Shown: piece after piece, positions 55,079-64,000 of the stretch
Position numbering within the stretch: position 1 is the first letter of the stretch
Layout of the letters: the number at the start of each line of letters is the position of its first letter
Assembly (NCBI GenBank): GCA_963716135.1
Contig: OY970289.1
Coordinates: forward strand, 33,634 to 97,633
From: Pirellulales bacterium
GTDB lineage: Bacteria > Planctomycetota > Planctomycetia > Pirellulales > JADZDJ01
Direction: 5' to 3'
Length of the DNA: 64,000 nt
Notes under the pieces: model-generated
What the model was told of the DNA's origin: nothing
Seen by the model: only the letters and a program-made list of their open reading frames with translations
Database searches by the model: none
Program-made: the position numbers and the translations under genes

Positions 55079-55417
55079 GGCACCTCGCACCCAGTGGGGC
55101 AGAAAATACGGTGGGTCCTAGGCGCGCGGATTATAGGGCCTCGCTGCCGGCCGCCGCGACATCGCTTGGAAGCCCTCGAAACGCCAGTCCCCAAGTGCAC
55201 CCTGTCCATGCGGACAGTAGCATCGGTCCAAAAACACGGGGTTTTTGACGGAAAATTCGCCCCAATTGGCAAATTTCAGACCATATATGCCAAAATCCTT
55301 ATCCGGAAAAACTTGCCCAATCTACTTGATTTGCATGCTAGTGTTTGTATGTTTTGGGGGGTAAGGATGCTGCCCCAAAGTACATCGTATTCACGAGTTA
55401 TTGGGAGTAAACAAAAC

Positions 55418-56479
55418 ATGTTGCGAAGGAATTTGACCAAGTGGACCGTGGCCGCGACCGTGGCAATTGCCGGCGTGGCACTCAATGCAAACACATCCGA
55501 AGCGTTCCATCACGGCTGGGGCTCGTGGGGTTCCTCGTCCAGCGGCGGTAGCTGGGGTTCCTCGTCCAGCGGCGGTTGGGGTTCGTCTTCCAGCGGCGGT
55601 TGGGGGTCCTCGTCCAGCGGTGGCTGGGGCTGGGGTTCCTCTTCGTCCGGCAGCTCCTCGAGCGGCGGCTGGGGATGGCACCATCACCGCGCCTATTACG
55701 GTAGCTGGGGTTCTTCGTCTTCCGGCGGCAGCTCGTCGTCCGGCGGTTCGAGTTCTTCCGGCGGCGTCGTCTACTACGACAACGCTCCGATGCAGATGCA
55801 GCAAGGCGCTCCCGCCATGCCGCCTCCGCCGGGCAGCAACATGAACAATCCTTCGAATAGCAATCCGCCGTCGGGTCCGGGAACTGACGTTCCTCCGTCC
55901 CCGATGCCCGGCGCGATGTATCGCAGCCTCGGCGGCAGCCAGGTCGCCCTGCTGAGTGTGAACGTTCCGGCCGAAGCCAAGATCTTCGTCAACGGCAACG
56001 CCACCACCAGCACCGGCACTCAGCGTCAATACGTGAGCCGTGGCCTGGAAGCCGGCAATCGTTATGCCTACGAAGTGAAGGCTGAAATCGTCCGCGACGG
56101 ACAAACGATTACGGAAACCAAGAACGTCACGTTGGGCCCCGGCGAACAAGCCAGCCTGGCCTTCAATCTCGACGGCAAGGCCGCTCCGGTCGCTGCCGAA
56201 AAGACCAAGACCAAGTTGACGCTGCACGTTCCCGCCGACGCCAAGGTCACCTTGGCCGGCCGGGATACGACCTCGACTGGCGACGTGCGTGAATACACGA
56301 CCACGAAGCTGGCTTCGGGCGCCGAGTGGAACGACTACACCGTGCGTGTCGTCGCCAACATCGACGGACGTGAAGTGACCAAGGAGGAAACGATTAAGCT
56401 CATCGGCGGCGAAGATCGCGAGCTGACGATTGATCTCGGCTCGCCGGCCATCGCCAGCAACGCGACGGTCAGCCGATAA
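55418..56479 (+). CDS. Secreted TIGR03000-domain protein (two domains) with Gly/Ser/Trp repeat N-terminus
   Basis: Signal peptide, nine GSSSSG units, Pro-rich linker, two VPA.AK...G..T.STG..R.Y domains. Confidence 0.9.
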   Translation: MLRRNLTKWTVAATVAIAGVALNANTSEAFHHGWGSWGSSSSGGSWGSSSSGGWGSSSSGGWGSSSSGGWGWGSSSSGSSSSGGWGWHHHRAYYGSWGSSSSGGSSSSGGSSSSGGVVYYDNAPMQMQQGAPAMPPPPGSNMNNPSNSNPPSGPGTDVPPSPMPGAMYRSLGGSQVALLSVNVPAEAKIFVNGNATTSTGTQRQYVSRGLEAGNRYAYEVKAEIVRDGQTITETKNVTLGPGEQASLAFNLDGKAAPVAAEKTKTKLTLHVPADAKVTLAGRDTTSTGDVREYTTTKLASGAEWNDYTVRVVANIDGREVTKEETIKLIGGEDRELTIDLGSPAIASNATVSR

Positions 56480-56548
56480 GTTTGGCTGGGAAGCCACAAG
56501 ACAGTGGCTCGCAGAGCGTAATCATCCTCGAATAGTGCAACTGAGCCC

Positions 56549-56588
56549 ACGCCCTCGCATGGTTCGCCATGCGGGGGCGTTTTTGTTT
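56549..56588 (+). terminator. Intrinsic terminator
   Basis: ACGCCCTCGCATGG-TTCG-CCATGCGGGGGCGT-TTTTGTTT. Confidence 0.85.
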
Positions 56589-56693
56589 GCGCAGGCCATA
56601 TTCTGCCCGCCGCCTGCCGCCTGCTTTTCCCCGCACAAGTGTTAAAATCTACCGCAGTTTCACGCCTCGCCTTGCCGGGCTCCGATAACCGAA

Positions 56694-57326
56694 ATGATGG
56701 CCACCGCCCCGCAAAAACCGCCGATCGCGCCGCCGACCCGCACGCTTGCCCTCCGTTGGCGGATCATTATCAGCGTCGCGCTATTGATTCATCTGACAGC
56801 CGTCATCGCCGCGCCCTTGGCCGTGCAACCCGCCAGCGAATTGCAAGCCAACCTTGCGGAAACGCTGCGGCCTTACATCTGCGCCTCCTACCTCGATCAC
56901 GGATACCGCTTCTTCGCGCCAATGCCCAGCCCGGGGCACCTGGTGCGCTACAAGCTCGAGATGCCCGACGGCAGCGCCAAGGATGGCGTCTTCCCCGACT
57001 TGAAAACCGAGCAGCCCCGGCTGTTCTACCATCGCCACTTCATGCTGAGTGAAAAGCTGGTGCAGTATTTCGATCCGGAACAACCAGACGCCAATGCCCC
57101 GCCTCAGGCGCGCGCCGATTGGCAGCGCGAACGGCAACTTTTTGACACCATCGCCGAATCCTACGCCCGCTACTTGCTCAAAACTTCCGGCGCCAAGCGC
57201 GTGACGCTCGAATTCGTGCAGCACGAATTGCCGAGTCCCGCGGATTTGGAAAACGATCGGCCGCTGAATAATCCGAATTCGTACAGAGTGCTGTGGACCG
57301 GCTCTTACGGAACTGAAACGCTGTGA
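56694..57326 (+). CDS. SdpA/DUF5819-like single-TM protein
   Basis: N-terminal TM, then HGYRFFAPMP (cf. W.(L/F)FAP.P); stop overlaps the HTTM gene start. Confidence 0.6.
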   Translation: MMATAPQKPPIAPPTRTLALRWRIIISVALLIHLTAVIAAPLAVQPASELQANLAETLRPYICASYLDHGYRFFAPMPSPGHLVRYKLEMPDGSAKDGVFPDLKTEQPRLFYHRHFMLSEKLVQYFDPEQPDANAPPQARADWQRERQLFDTIAESYARYLLKTSGAKRVTLEFVQHELPSPADLENDRPLNNPNSYRVLWTGSYGTETL

Positions 57327-58348
57327 AATTGATTACCGATTATTTTCGGGAACTCGCGCGCTCCACCTGGCAAGGCTGGAACCGATTCTGGTTCGCGCCA
57401 TCCGATCCGGCCACGCTTGGGCTGATTCGCATCCTCGCCGGCGCGATGCTGTTCTACACGCATTTGGTATGGTCGCTCGATCTGCAAGGTTTCTTCGGAC
57501 CCAACGGTTGGCTGCCTGCCAGCACTGTCGCCGCACTGCCCGGACACACGCCATTCCAATGGAGCTGGTTCTACTGGATCAATTCGCCGGTCCTGCTGTG
57601 GACGGTTCACATTGCGTGTTTGGTGGTGTTTTTCTTGCTCACGATCGGCTTGTGGAGCAGGGCCACGTCGATCCTGGCATTTCTGGCCACCGTGGCCTAC
57701 GCCAACCGCGCCTCGCTGGCGCAGTTCGGGCTGGACGACGCGAATGCCATGCTCGCGCTGTACTTGATGATCGGGCCTTGCGGCGCCGCCTACTCGGTGG
57801 ACAACTGGCTGAAGCGTCGCCGCGCCGGCGGCAAATTGCCCGTCGAACCGCGCATCGGCGCCAACTTCGCCATCCGCTTGATGCAAGTTCAACTGTGCGT
57901 GGTTTATTTCTTCTCCGGCATCGGCAAAGCTCAAGGGCCGCTGTGGTGGAACGGCGATGCCATTTTGATGGCCACCGCAAATCTCGAATACCAATCCCTC
58001 AGCGCCACCTGGCTGATCCACTATCGCACCCTGGCTTCGCTGCTCACGCACATCACGGTCTTCTGGGAATTGTCATACTGTGCCCTCGTCTGGCCGCGTC
58101 TCACTCGGCCGATTGTGATTGCCCTTGCGTTTGCCGTTCACCTGGGAATCGGCCTGTTCCTGGGCATGTGGACCTTCGGCCTGGCGATGTGCTTTGCCAA
58201 TCTGGCCTTTGTCTCTCCCTGGATTGTGCGGCGCATCATCGATCGCGTGCCGGCGCCGGCGAGCGAATCGAACGCTACGGCGACAGGCAAGCCGCAATCT
58301 GCTGTGAGCAATCGTGCTCGCGTATTGGCAGAGCGCCAGGCCGTCTAA
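57323..58348 (+). CDS. HTTM-domain (SdpB/VKD-carboxylase-like) membrane protein
   Basis: LGLIRI..G, IGLWSR, YSVD, LMQVQLCVVYFFSG.GK..G..WWNG.A, HLGI...GM..F. Confidence 0.88.
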   Translation: MKLITDYFRELARSTWQGWNRFWFAPSDPATLGLIRILAGAMLFYTHLVWSLDLQGFFGPNGWLPASTVAALPGHTPFQWSWFYWINSPVLLWTVHIACLVVFFLLTIGLWSRATSILAFLATVAYANRASLAQFGLDDANAMLALYLMIGPCGAAYSVDNWLKRRRAGGKLPVEPRIGANFAIRLMQVQLCVVYFFSGIGKAQGPLWWNGDAILMATANLEYQSLSATWLIHYRTLASLLTHITVFWELSYCALVWPRLTRPIVIALAFAVHLGIGLFLGMWTFGLAMCFANLAFVSPWIVRRIIDRVPAPASESNATATGKPQSAVSNRARVLAERQAV

Positions 58349-58466
58349 TAGCCGGGTTGTAACTCGTTGCTGCGGCCCGCGTTTCCATGCGGCTCCTTTT
58401 CGCCCGCGGGGCAGGGGGGCTATAATGGAGGCTGCCCGCTAAGCTTCGCGCCCTCCTACGGAACCA

Positions 58467-59321
58467 TTGGTTTTGCAAATCTCTCGCCGTCAGTTTTTGA
58501 CTGCCACCTGCGCCGCTGTCGGGGCTGCGGGCCTGACGGGCCTGTATGCATGGCGCATCGAGCCCCACTGGGTCCAGGTCGTCGAGCGCCGATTGCCTAT
58601 CGCCCACCTGCCGGCAAACTTGGTCGGAAAAACCCTCGTCCAAATCAGCGACCTGCACGTCGGGCCCTACGTCGATTCCGAATACATGATCGGCTGCATG
58701 CGCCGCGTCTCGGAGCTGAAGCCCGATTGGGTAGTCATCACCGGCGATTTCGTGAGCTACAAGCAGGCGACTGTCTACGACGAAGTACGCCGCGTGCTCG
58801 AGCATCTGGAACGGCCCACTTTTGGCTGTGCCGCCATCTGCGGAAATCACGACTACGGTTGGAACTGGTCGCAGGTTTCTGTTGCCGATCATTTGGAATG
58901 GTTGCTCGGCGGGATGGGCATCGACATGCTTCGCAATCGCGCCGCCAACTTTGGCGGCTTGAACATCGTTGGGCTTGACGATTATTGGAGCCCTCGATTC
59001 AGCCCCAACGAAGTGCTCGCAAAAATCAATCACCAACAAGCGAACCTCGTGCTGTGTCATAATCCTGATGTCGTCGATCACCCGATCTGGAATGGCTATC
59101 AAGGCTGGATTCTCGCCGGCCACACGCACGGCGGGCAGGTGAAGCCTCCGTTCTTGCCTCCGCCCATTTTGCCCGTGACCAACAAACGGTACTCCGCCGG
59201 CGATTTCGATCTCTGGGACGGCCGCTGGCTGTACATCAATCGCGGACTGGGACACACGCTGCCCGTGCGCTTCAATGTGCCGCCGGAAATCACGGTGTTT
59301 CGACTGACTGCTCCAGCGTGA
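58467..59321 (+). CDS. Metallophosphoesterase (YkuE/YaeI-like) with twin-arginine-like N-terminus
   Basis: SRRQFL, SDLH, TGD, GNHD, HNPD, GHTHGGQ. Confidence 0.93.
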   Translation: MVLQISRRQFLTATCAAVGAAGLTGLYAWRIEPHWVQVVERRLPIAHLPANLVGKTLVQISDLHVGPYVDSEYMIGCMRRVSELKPDWVVITGDFVSYKQATVYDEVRRVLEHLERPTFGCAAICGNHDYGWNWSQVSVADHLEWLLGGMGIDMLRNRAANFGGLNIVGLDDYWSPRFSPNEVLAKINHQQANLVLCHNPDVVDHPIWNGYQGWILAGHTHGGQVKPPFLPPPILPVTNKRYSAGDFDLWDGRWLYINRGLGHTLPVRFNVPPEITVFRLTAPA

Positions 59322-59468
59322 TGGCCGCATCGAAGCAGGGCAGGGGAGCGCGACAGTTTCGCCGCTGCGGCAGAATTGCCTCACGTTCGAGTATATTGTT
59401 GAGATCTCTTTCGAATGGCGCGCCCCTTCGGGCTGACTTCCATTGTTCTCTTCCAAACGAGGTGACCC

Positions 59469-59840
59469 ATGAGCATTCATCGATTCCTTGCCGCTGCCTC
59501 AATCGCCGCAATGGCGGTCGCAATGGCTGCATTGAGCTCTCCTGCGGCTGCGGACGAGGCTGCCGGGGCGCGCGGCGATGAACCCAATCCGTTCGAAGGA
59601 AAGTATTTGATGATCCGCTTGGATCGCGCCTTGGACGAACATGCGGCCTATCTCAAAGACGCCCGCATCACGAAAATTGGCGACGACGTCTTCCTGGCCG
59701 GCACTGGATTTACCCTCGGTGCAAAATCGAAATGGTATGCCGGCCGAAATGTCTGGCTTTCGCTGCACCACGTCGAGCAGATGTTCGTTTTCGACAGCAT
59801 GGATGAAATCGAAAAAATGTACGAGAAAGACGATGAATAA
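59469..59840 (+). CDS. Hypothetical secreted protein
   Basis: GAGGTG RBS and Ala-rich signal peptide. Confidence 0.7.
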   Translation: MSIHRFLAAASIAAMAVAMAALSSPAAADEAAGARGDEPNPFEGKYLMIRLDRALDEHAAYLKDARITKIGDDVFLAGTGFTLGAKSKWYAGRNVWLSLHHVEQMFVFDSMDEIEKMYEKDDE

Positions 59841-59962
59841 TCGGTACGCTGCCGCGCAATGGCCAGCGGATTCGCGCCGCTTTAACTTGCCGCCCGTGCG
59901 AACCAGAACGTATACTGATGGGTCTAATTCATAACGGATTTTGATCATCCAAGGAGTCTTTC

Positions 59963-60982
59963 GTGCCTGAATCGATTGCCATCGTCGGCGCCACCGGCGC
60001 AGTGGGGCGCATCATCTTGCAATTGCTCGAAGAGCGCAAGTTTCCGTATTCGCGCATCAAGTTTCTGGCCTCCAGCCGTTCCGCCGGCAAGCAAATCACC
60101 TTCCGCGGACAAGAGCACACGGTCGAAAAGCTCGAGCCCGATGCGTTCAACGGCGTGGATATTGCCATCGGCAGCACCCCCGACGAAGTGGCCAAGGAGT
60201 TCGTGCCCTGGGCCGTGGAGCGCGGCTGCACGGTCGTGGACGAAAGCGGCTACTGGCGCATGAATCCCGACGTGCCCCTGGTAATTCCCGAAGTGAATCC
60301 CGACGCCGTTTTGAATCACAAAGGCATCATCGCCAGCCCGAATTGCTCCACCACGCAGTTGGTCGTCGCCATCAAGCCGCTGCACGATGCGGCGCGCGTG
60401 AAGCGCGTGGTCGTCAGCACCTATCAAGCCACCAGCGGGGCGGGACTCGCCGGCTGCCGCGACCTGGAAAACAGCACCAAGGCCAAGATCTCCGGCGGCC
60501 AGCACACGAACGAAACCTTCGCCTACGACATCGCTTTCAATCTGATTCCGCAGATCGGTGGCCCCAAGTACAAGGGCTATACCTCTGAAGAGATGAAGAT
60601 GGTGCTCGAGACTCGCAAAATCATCGGCGACGAATCGATTCAGGTCTGCCCGACCTGCGTGCGCGTGCCGGTTTCCAACTGCCACAGCGAAAGCATTCTG
60701 GTCGAAACGGAAAAGAAGCTGACGGTCGAAAAGGCGCGCGAACTGTTCGCCAACGCTCCGGGCATCACCGTCGTCGATGATTTGGAGCGCAAACAATACC
60801 CCATGCCCAACGACTGCGACGGCAGCGACGAGGTGTTCATCGGCCGCATCCGCGAAGACATCTCCAGCCCCAACGGCCTGGCGTTCTGGTGCGTCAGCGA
60901 CAACTTGCGCAAAGGCGCCGCCACCAACGCTGTGCAAATTGCCGAATTGCTGGTGAAAGCGAAGTCGCTGCAGAACGTGTGA
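59963..60982 (+). CDS. asd: Aspartate-semialdehyde dehydrogenase
   Basis: VGATGAVG, PEVN, PNCST, STYQA.SGAG, CVRVPV, DNLRKGAA.NAVQIAE. Confidence 0.97.
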   Translation: MPESIAIVGATGAVGRIILQLLEERKFPYSRIKFLASSRSAGKQITFRGQEHTVEKLEPDAFNGVDIAIGSTPDEVAKEFVPWAVERGCTVVDESGYWRMNPDVPLVIPEVNPDAVLNHKGIIASPNCSTTQLVVAIKPLHDAARVKRVVVSTYQATSGAGLAGCRDLENSTKAKISGGQHTNETFAYDIAFNLIPQIGGPKYKGYTSEEMKMVLETRKIIGDESIQVCPTCVRVPVSNCHSESILVETEKKLTVEKARELFANAPGITVVDDLERKQYPMPNDCDGSDEVFIGRIREDISSPNGLAFWCVSDNLRKGAATNAVQIAELLVKAKSLQNV

Positions 60983-60987
60983 ACGAA

Positions 60988-61082
60988 GAATGACTAAATG
61001 ACTGAATGACTAAATTTCTAAATGAGCAAACGCGGCATCATCGATCATTCAGTCATTTAGGCCTTTCGTCATTTAGTCATTT
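60988..61082. repeat. Octamer inverted tandem repeat (AATGACT(A/G)), same family as 27814
   Basis: aatgacta aatgactg aatgacta ... cagtcatt ... tagtcatt. Confidence 0.85.
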
Positions 61083-61087
61083 ACCCT

Positions 61088-61838
61088 GTGCCTCGCACTC
61101 TCAAACTCACGCTCGCTTACGACGGCACCGACTTCGCCGGCTGGCAGATCCAGGCCAACAATCAGCGCACCTTGCAGGGAACGCTGGAAGACACGCTAGC
61201 CAAGGTGACGGGCCAATTCTCGCGCGTCTTCGCCAGCGGCCGCACCGACGCCGGCGTGCATGCGCTAGGGCAGGTGGTCAGTTTCGATACCCAGAGCGAG
61301 CTGCCGCTGGAGGTTTTTCAGAAGGCTCTCAATGCCGAGTTGCCGCGCGACGTGGCCGTGATTTCCGTCGAAGAAGCCCCGCGCGGCTTCAGCGCTCGCA
61401 GCGACGCCAAGCGCAAACGCTATCGCTACGTGCTCCAAGACGGCCCCGTGCGCAATGTCTTCCAATTGCGCTACGCCTGGCATTTGTTTCAGCGGATGGA
61501 TGTCGCTGCGATGAGCAGGGGGCGCAGCGCTCGTGGGCCTGCACGATTTCGCCAGCTTCCAAACCAGCGGCTCGGAGCGCGAAACCACCCAGCGCACCAT
61601 TTTCGCCATCGACATTTGCCGTTGCAACGCGCCCAACGACAACCTGATTCACATTGAAGTCGAAGCGGATGGCTTTCTGTACAACATGGTGCGCAACATC
61701 GTCGGCACGCTCGTGGAAGTCGGAAGGGGGAAGCAGCCCGATTCGTGGCCGGCCGAAGTGCTCCTGGCGCGCAACCGCCGCGAAGCAGGCAACACCGCGC
61801 CGCCGCAGGGCCTGTTTCTCCTGTGCGTACAATACTGA
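61088..61838 (+). CDS. truA: tRNA pseudouridine(38-40) synthase, indel ~61525
   Basis: YDGTDFAGWQ, GRTDAGVHA.GQ, HDFASF, FLYNMVR.IVG, APPQGL.L. Confidence 0.95.
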
Positions 61839-61842
61839 CAGA

Positions 61843-61913
61843 CCAAATGACCAATGACCAATGACGCAAATCTCCGCGGAGCGTTTGGTCATTGGTGCTT
61901 GGTCATTGGTCAT
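61843..61913. repeat. Heptamer inverted tandem repeat, AATGACC family
   Basis: aatgacc aatgacc aatgacg ... ggtcatt ggtgctt ggtcatt ggtcatt. Confidence 0.9.
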
Positions 61914-61983
61914 TCCTTCTTCAAATGCGTTCGATTAAGCTATCGTTTTCGGCGCAAACTCTAATTTTTGAGGCATCCAGCAC

Positions 61984-62859
61984 GTGGCGTGGTCGGCACA
62001 TGATCGAGTCGGCTCGTATCGGCTCTTGTCGCTGGTTGGCACCGGCCGCAGTTGCCAGGTCTGGGAGGCCATCAACGACACCACGCACCAGCGGCTGGCG
62101 CTGAAAATCCTCACCCAGGAATTCGCCGAGGACAAAGAGCAGGTCGCATTTCTCAAGCACGAGTACGGCGTCGGTCACGGACTCAATCATCCCAACGTGA
62201 TGCACATCTACGAATTCGGCGTCCGCAGCAACGCGACTTTCCTAGCAATGGACTTGTTCGCCGCACAGAACGTCAAGCAATTGATCCTGCAGGGGGTCGA
62301 ACATATCGCCTATCTGGCTCAATCCATCGCCGAACAATCCGCCGCCGGGCTGGGATACCTGCACAGCCGCGGATGGGTGCACCGCGACGTCAAGCCCGAT
62401 AATTTTCTGATCAACAAGAAAGGGGAAGTGAAGCTCATCGACTTCGCCCTGGCAGAACGCAGCAAAGGATTCTTGGGCAAGTTGCTGTCAAGAAAGTCGA
62501 AAATCCAGGGCACTCGCAGCTACATGTCGCCGGAGCAAATCCGCGGCCGCGGCGTCGATCCCCGATCCGACATTTACAGCCTCGGCTGCATGTTGTACGA
62601 ATTGATTGGAGGCAAACCGCCGTTCACCGGCCAATCGACGCAAGAATTGCTGAGCAAACACCTGACCGCCGGTGCGCCTGCGGTGATGGGGGGCGGCGGC
62701 CGTGAAGTGACTCCCGAATTTTCGCAACTCTTGAAGAAGATGATCGCCAAGAAACCACAGGATCGTCCACCTTCGATGGACGACGTCGTCTCGGCCCTGC
62801 GCGGAATTAAAATCTTCCACCGCACGCCCCAGCCGCCGACCGCCCAAAAGAAAAGCTGA
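61984..62859 (+). CDS. Soluble Hanks-type Ser/Thr protein kinase
   Basis: ALK, HRDVKPDN, DFAL, GTRSYMSPEQ, DIYSLG; no TM or sensor domain. Confidence 0.93.
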   Translation: MAWSAHDRVGSYRLLSLVGTGRSCQVWEAINDTTHQRLALKILTQEFAEDKEQVAFLKHEYGVGHGLNHPNVMHIYEFGVRSNATFLAMDLFAAQNVKQLILQGVEHIAYLAQSIAEQSAAGLGYLHSRGWVHRDVKPDNFLINKKGEVKLIDFALAERSKGFLGKLLSRKSKIQGTRSYMSPEQIRGRGVDPRSDIYSLGCMLYELIGGKPPFTGQSTQELLSKHLTAGAPAVMGGGGREVTPEFSQLLKKMIAKKPQDRPPSMDDVVSALRGIKIFHRTPQPPTAQKKS

Positions 62860-62891
62860 CGCGCGACACCCCTGAACCCGAACCCCTCCGC

Positions 62892-63878
62892 ATGCCCGCC
62901 ACGCTCCACCGACTGTCGTTCGAGAAGCCGATCTACGATCTGGAAGATCAGATCGCCGCATTGGAGGCCGACTCCGCCGGCAAGGGCCAGCGCTCCGACG
63001 AAGTCAGCCGCTTGCGTCGCGAAGTCAGCGATTTGAAACGAAAGATCTTCGGCAATCTCGCCCCGTGGCAAACGGTCGAAGTGGCGCGCCATCCCGATCG
63101 TCCGATGACCAGCGACTATCTTTCACTGGTCTTCGAGGAGTTCGTCGAGCTGCACGGCGACAAGTCGTTCGGCGACGATCCCGCCATCCGCACAGGCTTC
63201 GCCAAGCTCGATCAGTTCAAAGTGGTCGTCATCGGCCATCAAAAAGGCAAAACGCTCAAAGAGCGCAACGCCTGCCACTTCGGCTGCGCTCATCCCGAGG
63301 GCTACCGCAAGGCCATGGCCAAAATGAAGATGGCCGCCAAGTACGGCCTGCCGGTGATCTGCCTGATCGACACGCCCGGCGCGTATCCCGGCGTGGGGGC
63401 CGAGGAGCGCGGCCAGGCCCAAGTCATCGCCGAAAGCATGTTCCTCATGTCGCAACTGCGCACGCCCATCATCTGCGTGGTGATTGGGGAAGGGGGCTCC
63501 GGCGGCGCCTTGGGCATCGGCCTTGGCGACAAAGTCGCCGTCCTGGAACACGCCTACTACTCGGTCATCAGTCCCGAGGGTTGCGCCGGCATCCTCTGGA
63601 AGAGCGCCGACTACAAAGAACAGGCTGCCCAGGCGCTGCGAATCACTGCCCGCGACTTGCTGAAGCTCGGCGTGATCGACGACATGGTGGATGAGCCACT
63701 AGGGGGGGCTCACAGGGATCTACAGCAGATGGCGCTGCGACTGAAAATCTATTTGATTCGCTCCCTGCGCGAGTTGGCCCCCAAGCCGATCGACGAGTTG
63801 CTCACCGCCCGCTACGAAAAGTTCCGCCGCATGGGAGTCTTCCTGGAGCCGTCTCACGAAGAGCGCAATGGCGGATGA
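62892..63878 (+). CDS. accA: Acetyl-CoA carboxylase carboxyltransferase alpha subunit
   Basis: FEKPI, ARHPDRP, ELHGD, IDTPGAYPG..AEERGQ, GEGGSGGAL, SPEGCA.ILW. Confidence 0.97.
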   Translation: MPATLHRLSFEKPIYDLEDQIAALEADSAGKGQRSDEVSRLRREVSDLKRKIFGNLAPWQTVEVARHPDRPMTSDYLSLVFEEFVELHGDKSFGDDPAIRTGFAKLDQFKVVVIGHQKGKTLKERNACHFGCAHPEGYRKAMAKMKMAAKYGLPVICLIDTPGAYPGVGAEERGQAQVIAESMFLMSQLRTPIICVVIGEGGSGGALGIGLGDKVAVLEHAYYSVISPEGCAGILWKSADYKEQAAQALRITARDLLKLGVIDDMVDEPLGGAHRDLQQMALRLKIYLIRSLRELAPKPIDELLTARYEKFRRMGVFLEPSHEERNGG

Positions 63879-64000
63879 GATTTCAATCGCGAAGGAAAAA
63901 ATTCGAGCTCGCAGGGCGCTGCAAATTTCGCCGACGCAAACCAAAATCGGACCCTGGCGCCAACGTCCGATAATGTCTCTTATGTTCGGTAAGAGTGCGT

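Noticed and set aside
54659-55417. N-terminal extension of the TIGR03000 ORF
   Set aside because: It overlaps rodA on the opposite strand and an AT-rich promoter region. The RBS and signal peptide support a start at 55418.

Overview
GC-rich bacterial chromosome segment, almost certainly a planctomycete (Pirellulales-like), judged from the TIGR03000 protein, the MoxR/DUF58/vWA/prenyltransferase-repeat operon, the CsrA variant and the intergenic heptamer palindromes. About 20 genes carry 1-2 nt indels, nearly all at GCGC, which suggests a long-read assembly rather than real pseudogenes. Layout: (1) 1-4528, a more AT-rich regulatory module with a desaturase, an lmo0937-type small protein, a PAS hybrid kinase, csrA, an ICMT-family methyltransferase and DUF2294/MpsC. 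It contains two copies of a ~110-nt covarying leader RNA ending in a terminator, which is the best candidate for an undescribed system. (2) Mixed genes: HD hydrolase, ABC permease, Fur, flgM, EF-hand protein. (3) tRNA-Phe with a 1.3-kb att-flanked mini-island, then glycan-modification genes and HU. (4) A ~25-kb envelope operon (22009-47265) with MoxR, DUF58, vWA proteins, and one active plus two apparently dead HtrA-like proteases. (5) PPIases, an ABC ATPase, a signal-peptide-bearing pcm, rodA, a Ser-rich TIGR03000 protein, an SdpA/SdpB-like pair, and asd-truA-Ser/Thr kinase-accA. All assignments are from motif recognition by eye; no database searches were run.
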